DNA from: Nitrosarchaeum sp.
GTDB lineage: Archaea; Thermoproteota; Nitrososphaeria; Nitrososphaerales; Nitrosopumilaceae
Direction of reading: 5' to 3'
Length of the DNA stretch: 64,000 nucleotides
Assembly (NCBI GenBank): GCA_965223865.1
Contig: OZ245020.1
Location: forward strand, 1,088,001 to 1,152,000
Shown: positions 31,292 to 41,409 of the stretch, piece after piece
Position numbering within the stretch: the first letter of the stretch is position 1
Layout: each line of letters opens with the position of its first letter
The notes under the pieces: generated by a model
Told to the model about the DNA's origin: nothing
What the model saw: the letters and a program-made list of their open reading frames with translations, nothing else
Database searches by the model: none
Program-made: the position numbers and the translations under genes

Positions 31292-32455
31292 CTATTTTCT
31301 CAAATCTAATTCCTTGTACTCGCATCCCTGAGGCCCACAATACTTTCCAACATAGAATGCTTTTGGCCTGTATAATGCTGGTTTTGGTGCAGCTTCGGCA
31401 AATTTTTCTTCAATAATATGTGCTGCCCATCCTGCAACTCTTGATATTGCAAAAATTGGTGTGTTAAGGTCCACTGGAATTTTTAGCATATAGTAAATTG
31501 ACGCACTGTACAAATCAACATTAGGATAAATATCTCGTTCTTTCTGTTTTTTCATTTCAGTAATTGTTGTAGTTTCTACTTTTTCTGTCATGTCAAACCA
31601 TGGCTCTTTTGTTTTTTCTGCAAGTTTTCTTGAAAGTTCTTTTAAAACTTGTGCTCGTGGATCATATGTTTTGTATACTGCATGACCCATTCCCATAATT
31701 CTTTCCCCTTTTGACATTTGCTCTTTAATCCATGGTTCTACTTTGTCTATAGTTCCAATTTCTAATAACATCTTCATTACTTCTGTATTTGCACCTCCAT
31801 GCAATTCACCACTTAGGGCGCCAATTGCCGCACTTGATGCTGAGTACATATGGGCTCGAGTTGATGCAACCTGTCTTGCTGTGAATGTAGATGCGTTAAA
31901 CGTATGATCTGCATGAAGAATCAAGCATACATCAAAAATCTTTTCAATTTCAGGGTCCGGTCTTTCTCCTGACATCATGTAAAGAAAATTGGCTGCATGA
32001 CTAAGTGAAGGATCAGGATCAACAATCTCTTGGTTATTTCTAATTCTTTGCCAACTTGCAATGATTGTGGGAATCTTTGCAATTAGATTGATTGCCCTAT
32101 CAGAGCTTGCACTTTTGGTTGAAAATTCTTCATCATAATACCCTGCAAGAGCCGCAACAAATGCTTGAAGCATATCCATGGGATCTGCATCTTTTCTCCA
32201 ATTTCCCATGTTCTTTTGCATTTGTTTTGGAATGAATCTTGCATCAACTAATTTTGAATTAAATTCTGATAATTGTTCTTTTGTTGGAAGATCATCATAT
32301 AGGAGTAAATAGGCTGTTTCTTCAAATGTGGAGTTTTTTGTAAGATCTAAAATATCATATCCACGATAAATCAGCTTGCCTTTTTCACCATCTATGTTGG
32401 AAATTCTGGTATCTGCAACCTCAATTCCCCGCAAACCAATGTTTTTTGTTTCCAT
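31292..32455 (-). CDS. gltA: Citrate synthase
   Basis: GLRG, L.YRGY, HADH.FNAST, LHGGAN, GMGHAVYK.YDPR and PNVD motifs. Confidence 0.96.
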   Translation of the reverse strand: METKNIGLRGIEVADTRISNIDGEKGKLIYRGYDILDLTKNSTFEETAYLLLYDDLPTKEQLSEFNSKLVDARFIPKQMQKNMGNWRKDADPMDMLQAFVAALAGYYDEEFSTKSASSDRAINLIAKIPTIIASWQRIRNNQEIVDPDPSLSHAANFLYMMSGERPDPEIEKIFDVCLILHADHTFNASTFTARQVASTRAHMYSASSAAIGALSGELHGGANTEVMKMLLEIGTIDKVEPWIKEQMSKGERIMGMGHAVYKTYDPRAQVLKELSRKLAEKTKEPWFDMTEKVETTTITEMKKQKERDIYPNVDLYSASIYYMLKIPVDLNTPIFAISRVAGWAAHIIEEKFAEAAPKPALYRPKAFYVGKYCGPQGCEYKELDLRK

Positions 32456-32574
32456 ATTGAACCTAATGAAGATCTTCTATTATATTTTCGCAAAAAAGCA
32501 TGTATATGAAATTCATCTTTTTGTCTAATCTAACAACTCTGAACCATAAATGACAATTTCTAATCTAAAATTAA

Positions 32575-32742
32575 TTGACTCCAGATGAACGTAAATTATT
32601 ACAGAAATTAGATCAATTGATATTGAACGCATCTTCTGAAGAATTAAAAAAGATTCAGGAAGTTGATATTCAAACTCAAATGAAAGGATTGTCATTTTAC
32701 GACACTGATAAATTCAAAATTTTTGCCAAATCAAAGTATTAA
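32575..32742 (+). CDS. 55-aa small protein resembling the ORF at 31066-31287 (missed by ORF track)
   Basis: MTPDERKLLQKLDQLILNASSEELKKIQEVDIQTQMKGLSFYDTDKFKIFAKSKY; shares D.Q.Q.KG..FYD. Confidence 0.6.
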   Translation: MTPDERKLLQKLDQLILNASSEELKKIQEVDIQTQMKGLSFYDTDKFKIFAKSKY

Positions 32743-32811
32743 ACACGACACCAGAGAAAAAAGAAAATAACTCATTTTGGTTTAAATGAGGGTGTAATTT
32801 CATCGACCATA

Positions 32812-33888
32812 ATGGTGGTTTCCAAAACAAAGAAAGAAAAAAAGTCTACTAAAAAAATCTCAACAAAAAAGATCACCAAAAAAACTAAAACTAAAAAAAC
32901 AATTAAAAAACAAAAAACCAAAATTATTTGTATTTCTCACAAAGAAGATGCAGATGGAATTAGTTCTGCAGCCTTGATTCGACAAGCCTTTGGAGGAGAT
33001 ACTATTTTAGTTGATTATCCTGGACAAATGGAGGCTCTCCAGCAAGTCTCTTCTGATGAAAAACTCAAATCATTATACATTTGTGATTTAGGTCTTAGCA
33101 AGAAAAATCAAGATGAGTTTGTTGAGTTGATAAAAACTCTAAGGAAAAACAAGGTGTCTGTTACTTATATCGACCATCATGACATTGATCCAAAAATTGT
33201 CTTGGAATTAGAAAAAATCAAAGTAAAATTGGTTCATGACATTAATGAATGTGCAACTGTACAGGTGTACAAAAAATTCAAATCCAAATTATCTGATCAC
33301 TCTGCATTTATTGCTGCATGTGCTGCAATTACAGATTATATGGAAGATAGACCAATGGGTTCAAAATTATTACAAATTTATGATAGGCAATTTGCATTAA
33401 TTAGTGCAACAGTTCTTACCTACAATATAGTTGGTCATCAAAAAGATCCTGATTATCTTCTTTATCTAGTTGAAGAACTTGCTGAATCAAAATTCCCACA
33501 TGAAATTCCAAATACTTTTGAATTTGCACAAATTCAAGTCGAAAAACTAGCGCAAATGATTGTCAAAGTCAAACAGGGTATGAAAACTATGAAAAACCTA
33601 TGTCATATGGAGATTATTGATGCAGGAGCTAGTGGTGCAGTTAATTTTGTTTTAGGTTTGTCTGGTAAAGATGTTGGAGTTGCATACAAAGAAAGAGTTG
33701 ATCATGGGATTTATGCTGTGTCGGTAAGAGGCTCTAAAAACTGCAAGATACATTTGGGAAAAATTATTAATGTTTTGGCAACTGAACTAGGAGGATCGGG
33801 CGGTGGACATGACAAAGCTTGCGGTGCGGTAATTCCAAAAACAAAAATCAAAAAATTTCTTACTGAATTTAATAAAAAACTAAATTAA
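32812..33888 (+). CDS. DHH/DHHA1 phosphoesterase with Lys/Thr-rich N-terminal extension
   Basis: H..DADG, ICD, YIDHH, S.R and GGSGGGH..ACG motifs. Confidence 0.92.
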   Translation: MVVSKTKKEKKSTKKISTKKITKKTKTKKTIKKQKTKIICISHKEDADGISSAALIRQAFGGDTILVDYPGQMEALQQVSSDEKLKSLYICDLGLSKKNQDEFVELIKTLRKNKVSVTYIDHHDIDPKIVLELEKIKVKLVHDINECATVQVYKKFKSKLSDHSAFIAACAAITDYMEDRPMGSKLLQIYDRQFALISATVLTYNIVGHQKDPDYLLYLVEELAESKFPHEIPNTFEFAQIQVEKLAQMIVKVKQGMKTMKNLCHMEIIDAGASGAVNFVLGLSGKDVGVAYKERVDHGIYAVSVRGSKNCKIHLGKIINVLATELGGSGGGHDKACGAVIPKTKIKKFLTEFNKKLN

Positions 33889-33971
33889 ATTTCCAAATCC
33901 ATTTGTTTGCATCAAATTGGCTAGAAGTTGGAAGAATTTTTTAATATTCTAAAGCCGAAATATCTTTTAAA

Positions 33972-35084
33972 TTGAATATCAAATTTATCATTCCTGCCTT
34001 AGTTTTAGCAGTTGGCATTGTTGGATATTTTGCATTTTTTCCTAATTCTGAATCAACGTCCTCATCAGAATTTCTTTCTGAATCAATACCTGCACCTGTT
34101 TCTACATTAGATGTTATGATTACTGATGGACAAAAACACATTATTCCACTTGATAAAATCAAAGGAGGAGGTCCTCCAAAAGATGGTATTCCATCAATAG
34201 ATAATCCAAAATTTGCAACTGTTGAAAATTCCCAATTTGTCTCAGATTCTGATGTTGTAATAGGTTTGAAGATAAACGATGAAGCCCGTGCATATCCTCT
34301 TTTTATCTTAGTGTGGCATGAAATTGTTAATGACAAAGTAGGTGGAATTCCAGTGGCAGTAACTTATTGTCCTTTATGTTATACAAATCAGGTATTTGAG
34401 AGAATAGTAAATGGCAATGTTGTTGAATTTGGTACATCAGGAAAATTGTACAATAGTAATTTGTTGATGTATGATAGATTGACTGAATCTTATTGGAGTC
34501 AGGGACTTGGTCTTGCAGTTACAGGCGAGCTTAGTGGTCATAAATTGAAGATCATCCCATTTGATGTGATTACCTGGGGGGATTGGAAGACTCTTTATCC
34601 TGAAACATTAGTTTTGACAACTGATACAGGTCATATTAGATCCTATGCCACCGACCCATATGGTGACTATTACACTGATCCTAGAATTATTTTCCCAGTG
34701 GATAATAAAGATGATAGAATGCATCCTAAGGAAATCATCTTAGGATTTAATGAAGGTGGAATTTACAAGGCCTATAAACAATCTGATGTAGAACTCTCCA
34801 AAATTATCAATGATGAAATTGGAGATACCTCTGTATTGCTAGTTTCTTCATTTAATCAAAACTCTAGAGCCTTTGATCGGACAGTTGATGGTAAAATTTT
34901 TGATTTTCAACATGAAGATGGTAAAATTGTAGATATTCAAACAAGCTCTGAATGGAATTATGAAGGAATTGCAATATCTGGTCCTATGGAAGGAAATCAG
35001 TTGTCAAGAATCCCAATTGAGCCGGGTTTTTGGTTTTCATGGGTCTCATTTTATCCTGAAACACTAATTTATGGAGAAACATGA
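33972..35084 (+). CDS. DUF3179-family exported protein
   Basis: GGPPKDGIPSID.P.F, ARAYP, WHEIVND, TYCPLC, FGTSG.LYNSNLLMYDR.T.S.W.Q and FWFSW..FYP. Confidence 0.85.
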   Translation: MNIKFIIPALVLAVGIVGYFAFFPNSESTSSSEFLSESIPAPVSTLDVMITDGQKHIIPLDKIKGGGPPKDGIPSIDNPKFATVENSQFVSDSDVVIGLKINDEARAYPLFILVWHEIVNDKVGGIPVAVTYCPLCYTNQVFERIVNGNVVEFGTSGKLYNSNLLMYDRLTESYWSQGLGLAVTGELSGHKLKIIPFDVITWGDWKTLYPETLVLTTDTGHIRSYATDPYGDYYTDPRIIFPVDNKDDRMHPKEIILGFNEGGIYKAYKQSDVELSKIINDEIGDTSVLLVSSFNQNSRAFDRTVDGKIFDFQHEDGKIVDIQTSSEWNYEGIAISGPMEGNQLSRIPIEPGFWFSWVSFYPETLIYGET

Positions 35085-35572
35085 TGAATCCTATTCAAAA
35101 AGCAATATCTTTGGGAATAATCACTATTCTAATTTATCTCACAGTTGTGGTAATCACAACTCCTGCTTTATTTCCAATTGATGCTATCAACGCTGCATTA
35201 CAACTCAACTCTGTTGTTATTTTTGGAATGGGAATTGGCATAGGATTGCAAGTATATCTTTCTGAGAAAAGCAAGTTACTGGGTTGTTCATTGAAAGTCA
35301 AGAAAAAAACATTTGGTGGTAATTCTGGAAGCACTGCTGCCACATCTTTTTTCTCTTTTTTCTCACTGGTTCCCTTGGGTTGTTGTGGTTGGTGGCTTTA
35401 TGCTCTTTCACTTTTACCAGGAATAATAGGCACTGGTGTTTCTGCAGTTTTAATAGAGTATAGTACAGTTTTAGCATATATTGGATTGTTGATAATTTTT
35501 GGATTTGTTGGATTAACTGCATACAATCTAAGAATGGAGTTAAAAAAACAAAAAATCTCCTCAGTAAATTAA
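35081..35572 (+). CDS. Four-TM membrane protein with a vicinal Cys pair
   Basis: Hydrophobic segments; PLGCCGWW; overlaps the DUF3179 stop (ATGA). Confidence 0.75.
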   Translation: MMNPIQKAISLGIITILIYLTVVVITTPALFPIDAINAALQLNSVVIFGMGIGIGLQVYLSEKSKLLGCSLKVKKKTFGGNSGSTAATSFFSFFSLVPLGCCGWWLYALSLLPGIIGTGVSAVLIEYSTVLAYIGLLIIFGFVGLTAYNLRMELKKQKISSVN

Positions 35573-35763
35573 TTTACCTGATTACAACTACCACAACCAT
35601 TTTTTCTAGTTGCAAACCAAACAAAAAATGTAATAGCTAAAGGATATAAAAACAAATGATATTCAAATTCAAAATTAAATTTTCCAAAAAACGCTAGCAA
35701 AAAAACTCCTCCAAAAATAATCGAGGAAAATAATGAAATCTTATTTATTTTATCTTTATTCAT
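35569..35763 (-). CDS. Small two-TM protein with C-terminal CxxC
   Basis: Two hydrophobic helices, ends GCGSCNQVN. Confidence 0.55.
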   Translation of the reverse strand: MNKDKINKISLFSSIIFGGVFLLAFFGKFNFEFEYHLFLYPLAITFFVWFATRKNGCGSCNQVN

Positions 35764-35884
35764 TTTTTAATTTTCTAATTATTTTTTTATTTGTCTATAA
35801 TTCAGTACCGGTAAAATACAATATGGGCAATTAATCTGTGAAATGGAACAACAATAAATACAATCACATTTTCCTTTCTCATGT

Positions 35885-36085
35885 TTACATTCTTGGCATT
35901 TCATCTCTTTTGTTCCTTGGTTTTGACCTTAATCGTGTTCTACAACATGGACATGTGTATTCATCAGTCTTAAAAAATAATGCACAAAGTGAACACCACT
36001 TTTGCCCAATCTTATATCGTAGATTATTTGAAAATGTGGAAGATTGGAAACGCCCACACAAACCTCTACACATTTGCACCATCAA
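35885..36085 (-). CDS. Small Cys-rich zinc-binding protein
   Basis: CRGLC, WCSLC and CPCC..RLR.KPR. Confidence 0.8.
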   Translation of the reverse strand: MMVQMCRGLCGRFQSSTFSNNLRYKIGQKWCSLCALFFKTDEYTCPCCRTRLRSKPRNKRDEMPRM

Positions 36086-36134
36086 TTTACATTGGTTTAA
36101 AATCTATTTAAGAAAATTTCCAAGTATTGTGAGT

Positions 36135-36587
36135 TTATTTTATTTCAACTATTGCATCAATTTCAGTCATAGAATTTAATGGCAAACTTGCAACACCTAC
36201 AGCAATTCTTGAGTGCTTTCCACTTTCTCCAAATATTTCAAAAAATAGATCCGATGCTGGATTGATTACTTTAGGTTGCTGTGAGAATTCTGGATCTGAA
36301 TTTACAAATCCTGACAATCTTACTATTTTTGCAACTTTTTCTAAATCTCCTAGTTCTCGTTTTAGTTGAGCAATAATGTTTATTGCACACATTCTGGCTG
36401 ATTTTTGAGCAGTTTCTAAATTGTCATCTGAGACTTTACCTGTAAAGACTACTTTTCCATCTTTCATAGGAATTTGTCCGGATACAAAAAGCAAATTCCC
36501 TGTTCTTATGACTGGAACATAAGACCCTGCAGGAGTTGGAGGAGTTGGAAGTTTAATCCCTATTGATTTGATTTTTTCCTCAATCAA
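36135..36587 (-). CDS. RidA/YjgF-family protein
   Basis: Y.P....GNLLFVSGQIP, VIN.ASD and GKHSR.AVGV..LP motifs. Confidence 0.92.
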   Translation of the reverse strand: MIEEKIKSIGIKLPTPPTPAGSYVPVIRTGNLLFVSGQIPMKDGKVVFTGKVSDDNLETAQKSARMCAINIIAQLKRELGDLEKVAKIVRLSGFVNSDPEFSQQPKVINPASDLFFEIFGESGKHSRIAVGVASLPLNSMTEIDAIVEIK

Positions 36588-36615
36588 GATGTTTGCAAGT
36601 TTTTATTGTCTGATT

Positions 36616-37776
36616 TTAATTTTTAGATATTTTAAGATGTACTTTTTCTCCTTTACTTGATTGATTTTGATATGCCATTCTTGTTTTGTAACCTTGTTTT
36701 TTTAGACAATCATCTAAAATTGAAACCCATGGTAATGAATGACCGCTATTTAATTTGGATTCAATTGTTATGTTTTTTGTATTTGCATCAAAATTAACAG
36801 AACCTGAACACGTGATTTGTAAAACTACGTTGATCGTTTCTATAATTTCATCAAGTGATTTTGATTTTAAAGTAATTCCATTTTTCTCTAACAATTTTAG
36901 CATTTCATATTCTGATTTTTTTGTTATAATTGAAGAATCTAGAACATGATGTAATCCATTTTCATTTATTATGCGAATAATTTTGTATATTTCTTGAGCT
37001 TCCATCTTTGTCATGTCAGATAATGCTTCAGTCTTCATAGAATTTTTCCAGATATTTGTAAACATTTTACGTTGATTGGATCCTAAAATATCAGTTGATG
37101 AAAAGGTAGCTCCTTTCCCATTGTCGCTGTTTACTATCAATACTTCTGTTTCATCAAAGATGAAAGAATTTTGAATAATATCTGACGCCCTAATTTTTAC
37201 TCCATCTGGTATTGTTCTATATGATTCAGAACAAATTTGTGATGATGGAACAAGAAGCTTAACATCTAAATTTCTCCGAATCACTGAAACCATCTGTTCT
37301 TTGCATTCGGCAACTAATCCTAACCCCCATTGGTCTGCCATGATGTTAATGGATGATTTGGAGCCTTCAATCATAGTTTTTAATTGTTCTAAAACATTGT
37401 TCGCATTTAGATGAAAGTATCTTTTTTCTTCTGAACCTCTTGACTTTCTACTTTCTTCACTGGCTTTTTTTAAATTTGAGACTAGAGTATTCATTGCATT
37501 TACTTTGTTGATTTGTTCGTGAATAATAGAATCAAAAGCATCCTCAGGGGCAATTGCTGTACACATTATGGGTTTACTTTTAGAAATTATTGCTAATTTT
37601 TTATTTTCTAACTTTAGGAGTGTTGGATAAATTTTGGTTCTTGGAAGATCCGAGTAATAGGCCAGCTCACTTGCAGCTATTGTCCCTTTTGATATCAAGG
37701 TGACATACGCTTTGGCCTCATATTTGCTAAGCCCAAATTCCTCAAGACTAACTGTTAATGCATTTTCATTTGTCAT
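36616..37776 (-). CDS. TrmB-family transcriptional regulator
   Basis: LEEFGLSKYEAKAY..L and LPRTKIY..L..LE.K.L N-terminal wHTH plus effector domain. Confidence 0.92.
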   Translation of the reverse strand: MTNENALTVSLEEFGLSKYEAKAYVTLISKGTIAASELAYYSDLPRTKIYPTLLKLENKKLAIISKSKPIMCTAIAPEDAFDSIIHEQINKVNAMNTLVSNLKKASEESRKSRGSEEKRYFHLNANNVLEQLKTMIEGSKSSINIMADQWGLGLVAECKEQMVSVIRRNLDVKLLVPSSQICSESYRTIPDGVKIRASDIIQNSFIFDETEVLIVNSDNGKGATFSSTDILGSNQRKMFTNIWKNSMKTEALSDMTKMEAQEIYKIIRIINENGLHHVLDSSIITKKSEYEMLKLLEKNGITLKSKSLDEIIETINVVLQITCSGSVNFDANTKNITIESKLNSGHSLPWVSILDDCLKKQGYKTRMAYQNQSSKGEKVHLKISKN

Positions 37777-37932
37777 GCTTTTGATATTTTTCTGATTAGG
37801 TAAAATTGAAAGCTAAATTCCTTTACACAAATACTCAAAAAAAATCATAATTGTATCTACAGCAACATGTAACTATGGTTACTAATTAATTTGTGACAAG
37901 ACCTTGAAATACAAAATTTTACCCTATTTTGT

Positions 37933-38487
37933 ATGATCGGTGATTATAGTTATGCAGGTATAGGTTTTACAAATATTTCACAAAATGTGACAATTGTACC
38001 ACGTCTTAGTTATTCTACTGACTTGCTGTGTAAAATAATTGAAATTCTTAAAGAAAAAAGGAGCCTAATTAAAAAATCAAATCAGGTTATTTTAAATGAA
38101 TTTGATAGCAACTCTAAGGAGAGCCAAAAAGCACTTGATATTGAAAAAATAATTGCATTTTCCATTGAAATTCTTTCTCAAATTCAAAAAAGAACTGGTA
38201 TGATTACTGGAATTGCTGATTTGCCTAAGATTTTACCCTCTGCCATACCTATGATCAGAACAATTAGTGCTCAACTTTTCGATATTGCTCCTGAATGCAG
38301 TCAAAAATTATCTGAACTATCTGTTCACCTTGGAAGTATTGCTTTGGATTCTGCTACTCTTACCAAAGCAAGATTTGATTTTAGACTCTCAAATGAAGAG
38401 TCTGCAACTTTATTGGATGAAGTAAAATTGATGGTGGACTCTAAAATAAATAAGCAGTATCCTAATCTTGATTTTTTTAAACCATGA
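37933..38487 (+). CDS. Divergent ESCRT-III/CdvB-like protein
   Basis: All-helical Snf7-like pattern; two genes upstream of cdvC as recalled for Nitrosopumilus; similarity is weak. Confidence 0.55.
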   Translation: MIGDYSYAGIGFTNISQNVTIVPRLSYSTDLLCKIIEILKEKRSLIKKSNQVILNEFDSNSKESQKALDIEKIIAFSIEILSQIQKRTGMITGIADLPKILPSAIPMIRTISAQLFDIAPECSQKLSELSVHLGSIALDSATLTKARFDFRLSNEESATLLDEVKLMVDSKINKQYPNLDFFKP

Positions 38488-38987
38488 AAAGTTTGAAAAT
38501 TTTAAAAACTAAACGAGATTTATCAAAAGATCTAGAACGAGTAAAAACCCTCTCAGAAAGAATTGACAAGAAGATTTTACAATCTAAAACACAGGATGAT
38601 TCAAAACTTGATAAACTCACTCTTGAAGAACTGCAAGATTTAAACAAGATTTCGGAACTAACGAATTTTCTATTATGTAAATATGAGGAAAAAAAAGAAA
38701 CACGCTCAATTTTACAATACTTTGTTTCAATTATTACAGAATCTACTGAATCCATTGAAAGTTTGGATGATGAAATTTCAGAACTCATAATCTCTGCTGA
38801 GGACTCTATTAACAAAGTAAAAGATATGCATGCTAACATATCTGAAAAGTCTGATTTTGATACTCCAAAACCAAAAAATATTAAAATTGATGAACCAGGT
38901 GCAATTAATTTAACTAAATTTACTACAGAGATTAACACCTTAGAATACCAACAAAATTTTCCAGAAGATGATGTACAGGTAATTTAG
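38484..38987 (+). CDS. Hypothetical coiled-coil protein in the cdv locus
   Basis: Overlaps the previous stop and abuts cdvC; heptad-rich. Confidence 0.75.
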   Translation: MKSLKILKTKRDLSKDLERVKTLSERIDKKILQSKTQDDSKLDKLTLEELQDLNKISELTNFLLCKYEEKKETRSILQYFVSIITESTESIESLDDEISELIISAEDSINKVKDMHANISEKSDFDTPKPKNIKIDEPGAINLTKFTTEINTLEYQQNFPEDDVQVI

Positions 38988-40181
38988 ATGAGTTTAGCCC
39001 CACAAGAATTAGAAAATAACGCAAGCAAGTATGCTTCTGAAGCAATAAAGTTTGATTCTCAAGGTGCACGTGGAATGGCCATTACCAACTATCAACATGC
39101 TATTGATTCTTTGGTAAAACTTTTGCAATTATATCCTACAAGTAAACTAAACCCCATTTACAAAGAAAGATGTAATTCTTATCATAATAGAATAAAGGCA
39201 CTGCAAGAGTCCCATGGTGTAGAGCCTGCAGTAGATCCTAAAGCAACACCTGAAGAGCAAAAGGCATCTGTTCAGCGACAAGAAGATGAAAATGACTTTG
39301 AAGAATTAGTCATGAAAGAAAAACCTAACATTAGTTGGAACGAAGTAATAGGCTTAGAAGATGCAAAAAGTGCATTACGTGAATCCATTGTTTATCCAAC
39401 AAAAAGACCTGATTTGTTTCCTCTTGGTTGGCCAAAAGGAATGCTTCTATATGGTCCACCTGGAACTGGAAAAACAATGCTGGCAGCAGCTACCGCAAGT
39501 GAAATGGATGGCTATTTCATTAATGTAGATGCATCTTCAATGATGAGTAAATGGTTGGGTGAAGCTGAAAAAAATGTATCAAAATTATTTAGAATGGCAA
39601 GAAAATATGCTGAAAAAGAAGGTAAACCCGTAATCTTATTTGTTGATGAAGTAGATTCTCTACTTGGTTCTAGAAATAGTGAAGTTGGAGGCGAAATTAG
39701 AACTAAAAATCAATTTCTAACTGAAATGGATGGTGTTAATGGAAAGGGTAAGGATTTGATGATGTATGTGATAGGTGCTACAAACAAACCTTGGAGTCTA
39801 GATTGGCCCTTTCTTAGAAGATTCCAAAAAAGAATCTATGTTTCTCTTCCAACACAAGAAGCAGGAGAGAGTTTGTTTCAACAATATACTACTGACTTAA
39901 GATTAGACTCTAGAGTTAATTCCAGAGAACTTGCCAAAATGTTTGATGGATATAGTGCAAGTGACATCAAAGATGTATGTCAAGCTGCACATCTGAAAAC
40001 GGTTCATGAGTTATTTGATTCTCCTGAATACCATGAACCAGTTGAAGGTGAATCTCAACAACAACCTAGAGAATTGACTACTGCAGACTTTAGAGACATC
40101 ATGTCTAGAAGAAAACCTAGCGTTTCAATGGAAATGATTCGAGCATATCACAAGTGGAGTGAAGAATTCCGCGCACTCTAG
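38988..40181 (+). CDS. cdvC: Vps4/CdvC AAA+ ATPase (cell division)
   Basis: N-terminal MIT domain, GPPGTGKT, SKWLGEAEK pore loop, FVDEVD, GATNKPW and RRF. Confidence 0.93.
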   Translation: MSLAPQELENNASKYASEAIKFDSQGARGMAITNYQHAIDSLVKLLQLYPTSKLNPIYKERCNSYHNRIKALQESHGVEPAVDPKATPEEQKASVQRQEDENDFEELVMKEKPNISWNEVIGLEDAKSALRESIVYPTKRPDLFPLGWPKGMLLYGPPGTGKTMLAAATASEMDGYFINVDASSMMSKWLGEAEKNVSKLFRMARKYAEKEGKPVILFVDEVDSLLGSRNSEVGGEIRTKNQFLTEMDGVNGKGKDLMMYVIGATNKPWSLDWPFLRRFQKRIYVSLPTQEAGESLFQQYTTDLRLDSRVNSRELAKMFDGYSASDIKDVCQAAHLKTVHELFDSPEYHEPVEGESQQQPRELTTADFRDIMSRRKPSVSMEMIRAYHKWSEEFRAL

Positions 40182-40236
40182 AATAGATTTTTTTGCGATC
40201 AAGCTTCCAAAAACTTAAATCCATAATAACTAGAAC

Positions 40237-41409
40237 TTGACGAGGGTCACAATTACTATAAAGAAATCCAAGCATGCAAACAAGTTTGGAAAACTAATTT
40301 TTGATGATGGTACTGTTCTTGACGGAATGGGTTTTGGTTACTCTACGACCGTTTTTGGTGAAATCGTGTTTAATACTGGAATGGTAGGATATAACGAAAC
40401 ACTAACCGATCCATCTTACAGTGGTCAAATTCTTACTTTAACTTATCCTCTTGTGGGAAATTATGGTGTTCCAGATCCTGCTAGTATGGATGAAGATGGG
40501 ATATCCAAATTCTTTGAATCTGATAAAATCCAAGTGAGAGGATTAGTTGTTCATGAATTGTCATTGACTGCTAGTCATTGGAATCTCTTTATGACTCTAG
40601 ATGAGTGGCTTTACAATGAAAAAATTCCCGGAATCTCGGGAATTGATACTAGAGAACTAACGAAGAAACTACGAACGAAAGGCGTTATGATGGCTGCTTT
40701 GGTAGTTTCTGAAGAAAACATCGATATTGATGAAGTCAAAAAACAATTGGCATCAGCTCCAAATTATAATTCAGAGAAATTCATGGCTGCTGTTTCGACA
40801 AAAGAAGAACAGGTATATGGTTCTGATGAAAAATCTGTGGTTGTAATTGATACTGGTGCAAAAAATGCAATTCTTAGAAATATCCGTGAGATTGGCTACA
40901 AAGTTATCAAACTTCCATGGAACACTACCTTTGAAAAAATTCTTTCTTACAAACCAAAAGGAGTTGTAATTAGTAATGGACCAGGTGATCCTCAAAACTG
41001 TCCTGAAACAGTACTAGTTGCAAAAAAATTAATTGAAAATAATATTCCTACTTTGGGAATTTGTTTAGGTGCTCAAATTATTGGCTTAGCTGGTAATACA
41101 GAAACGTATAAACTAAAATACGGTCATCGAGGGCAAAACAAACCTTGTGTTAATCTAGAAAATAATCAAGTATATGTTACAAGTCAAAATCATGGTTATG
41201 GAATTACCCCAGAATCTTTAAGCAAATCTGAATTTGATTTATGGTTTACAAATGCAGACGACAAAACAGTTGAAGGAATAAAACACAAAAAACAAAATTG
41301 TGTTGCTGTGCAGTTTCATCCTGAAGCAGCACCAGGTCCTTATGATTGTAAATTTGTCTTTGAAGAGCTTAAACACCTTATGGAGGAAGGAAAGTCTGCC
41401 AAAGAATGA
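40237..41409 (+). CDS. carA: Carbamoyl-phosphate synthase small subunit
   Basis: GEIVFNTGMVGY.E.LTDPSY.GQ, SNGPGDP, GICLG, HRGQN, QNHGY and QFHPE motifs. Confidence 0.98.
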   Translation: MTRVTITIKKSKHANKFGKLIFDDGTVLDGMGFGYSTTVFGEIVFNTGMVGYNETLTDPSYSGQILTLTYPLVGNYGVPDPASMDEDGISKFFESDKIQVRGLVVHELSLTASHWNLFMTLDEWLYNEKIPGISGIDTRELTKKLRTKGVMMAALVVSEENIDIDEVKKQLASAPNYNSEKFMAAVSTKEEQVYGSDEKSVVVIDTGAKNAILRNIREIGYKVIKLPWNTTFEKILSYKPKGVVISNGPGDPQNCPETVLVAKKLIENNIPTLGICLGAQIIGLAGNTETYKLKYGHRGQNKPCVNLENNQVYVTSQNHGYGITPESLSKSEFDLWFTNADDKTVEGIKHKKQNCVAVQFHPEAAPGPYDCKFVFEELKHLMEEGKSAKE

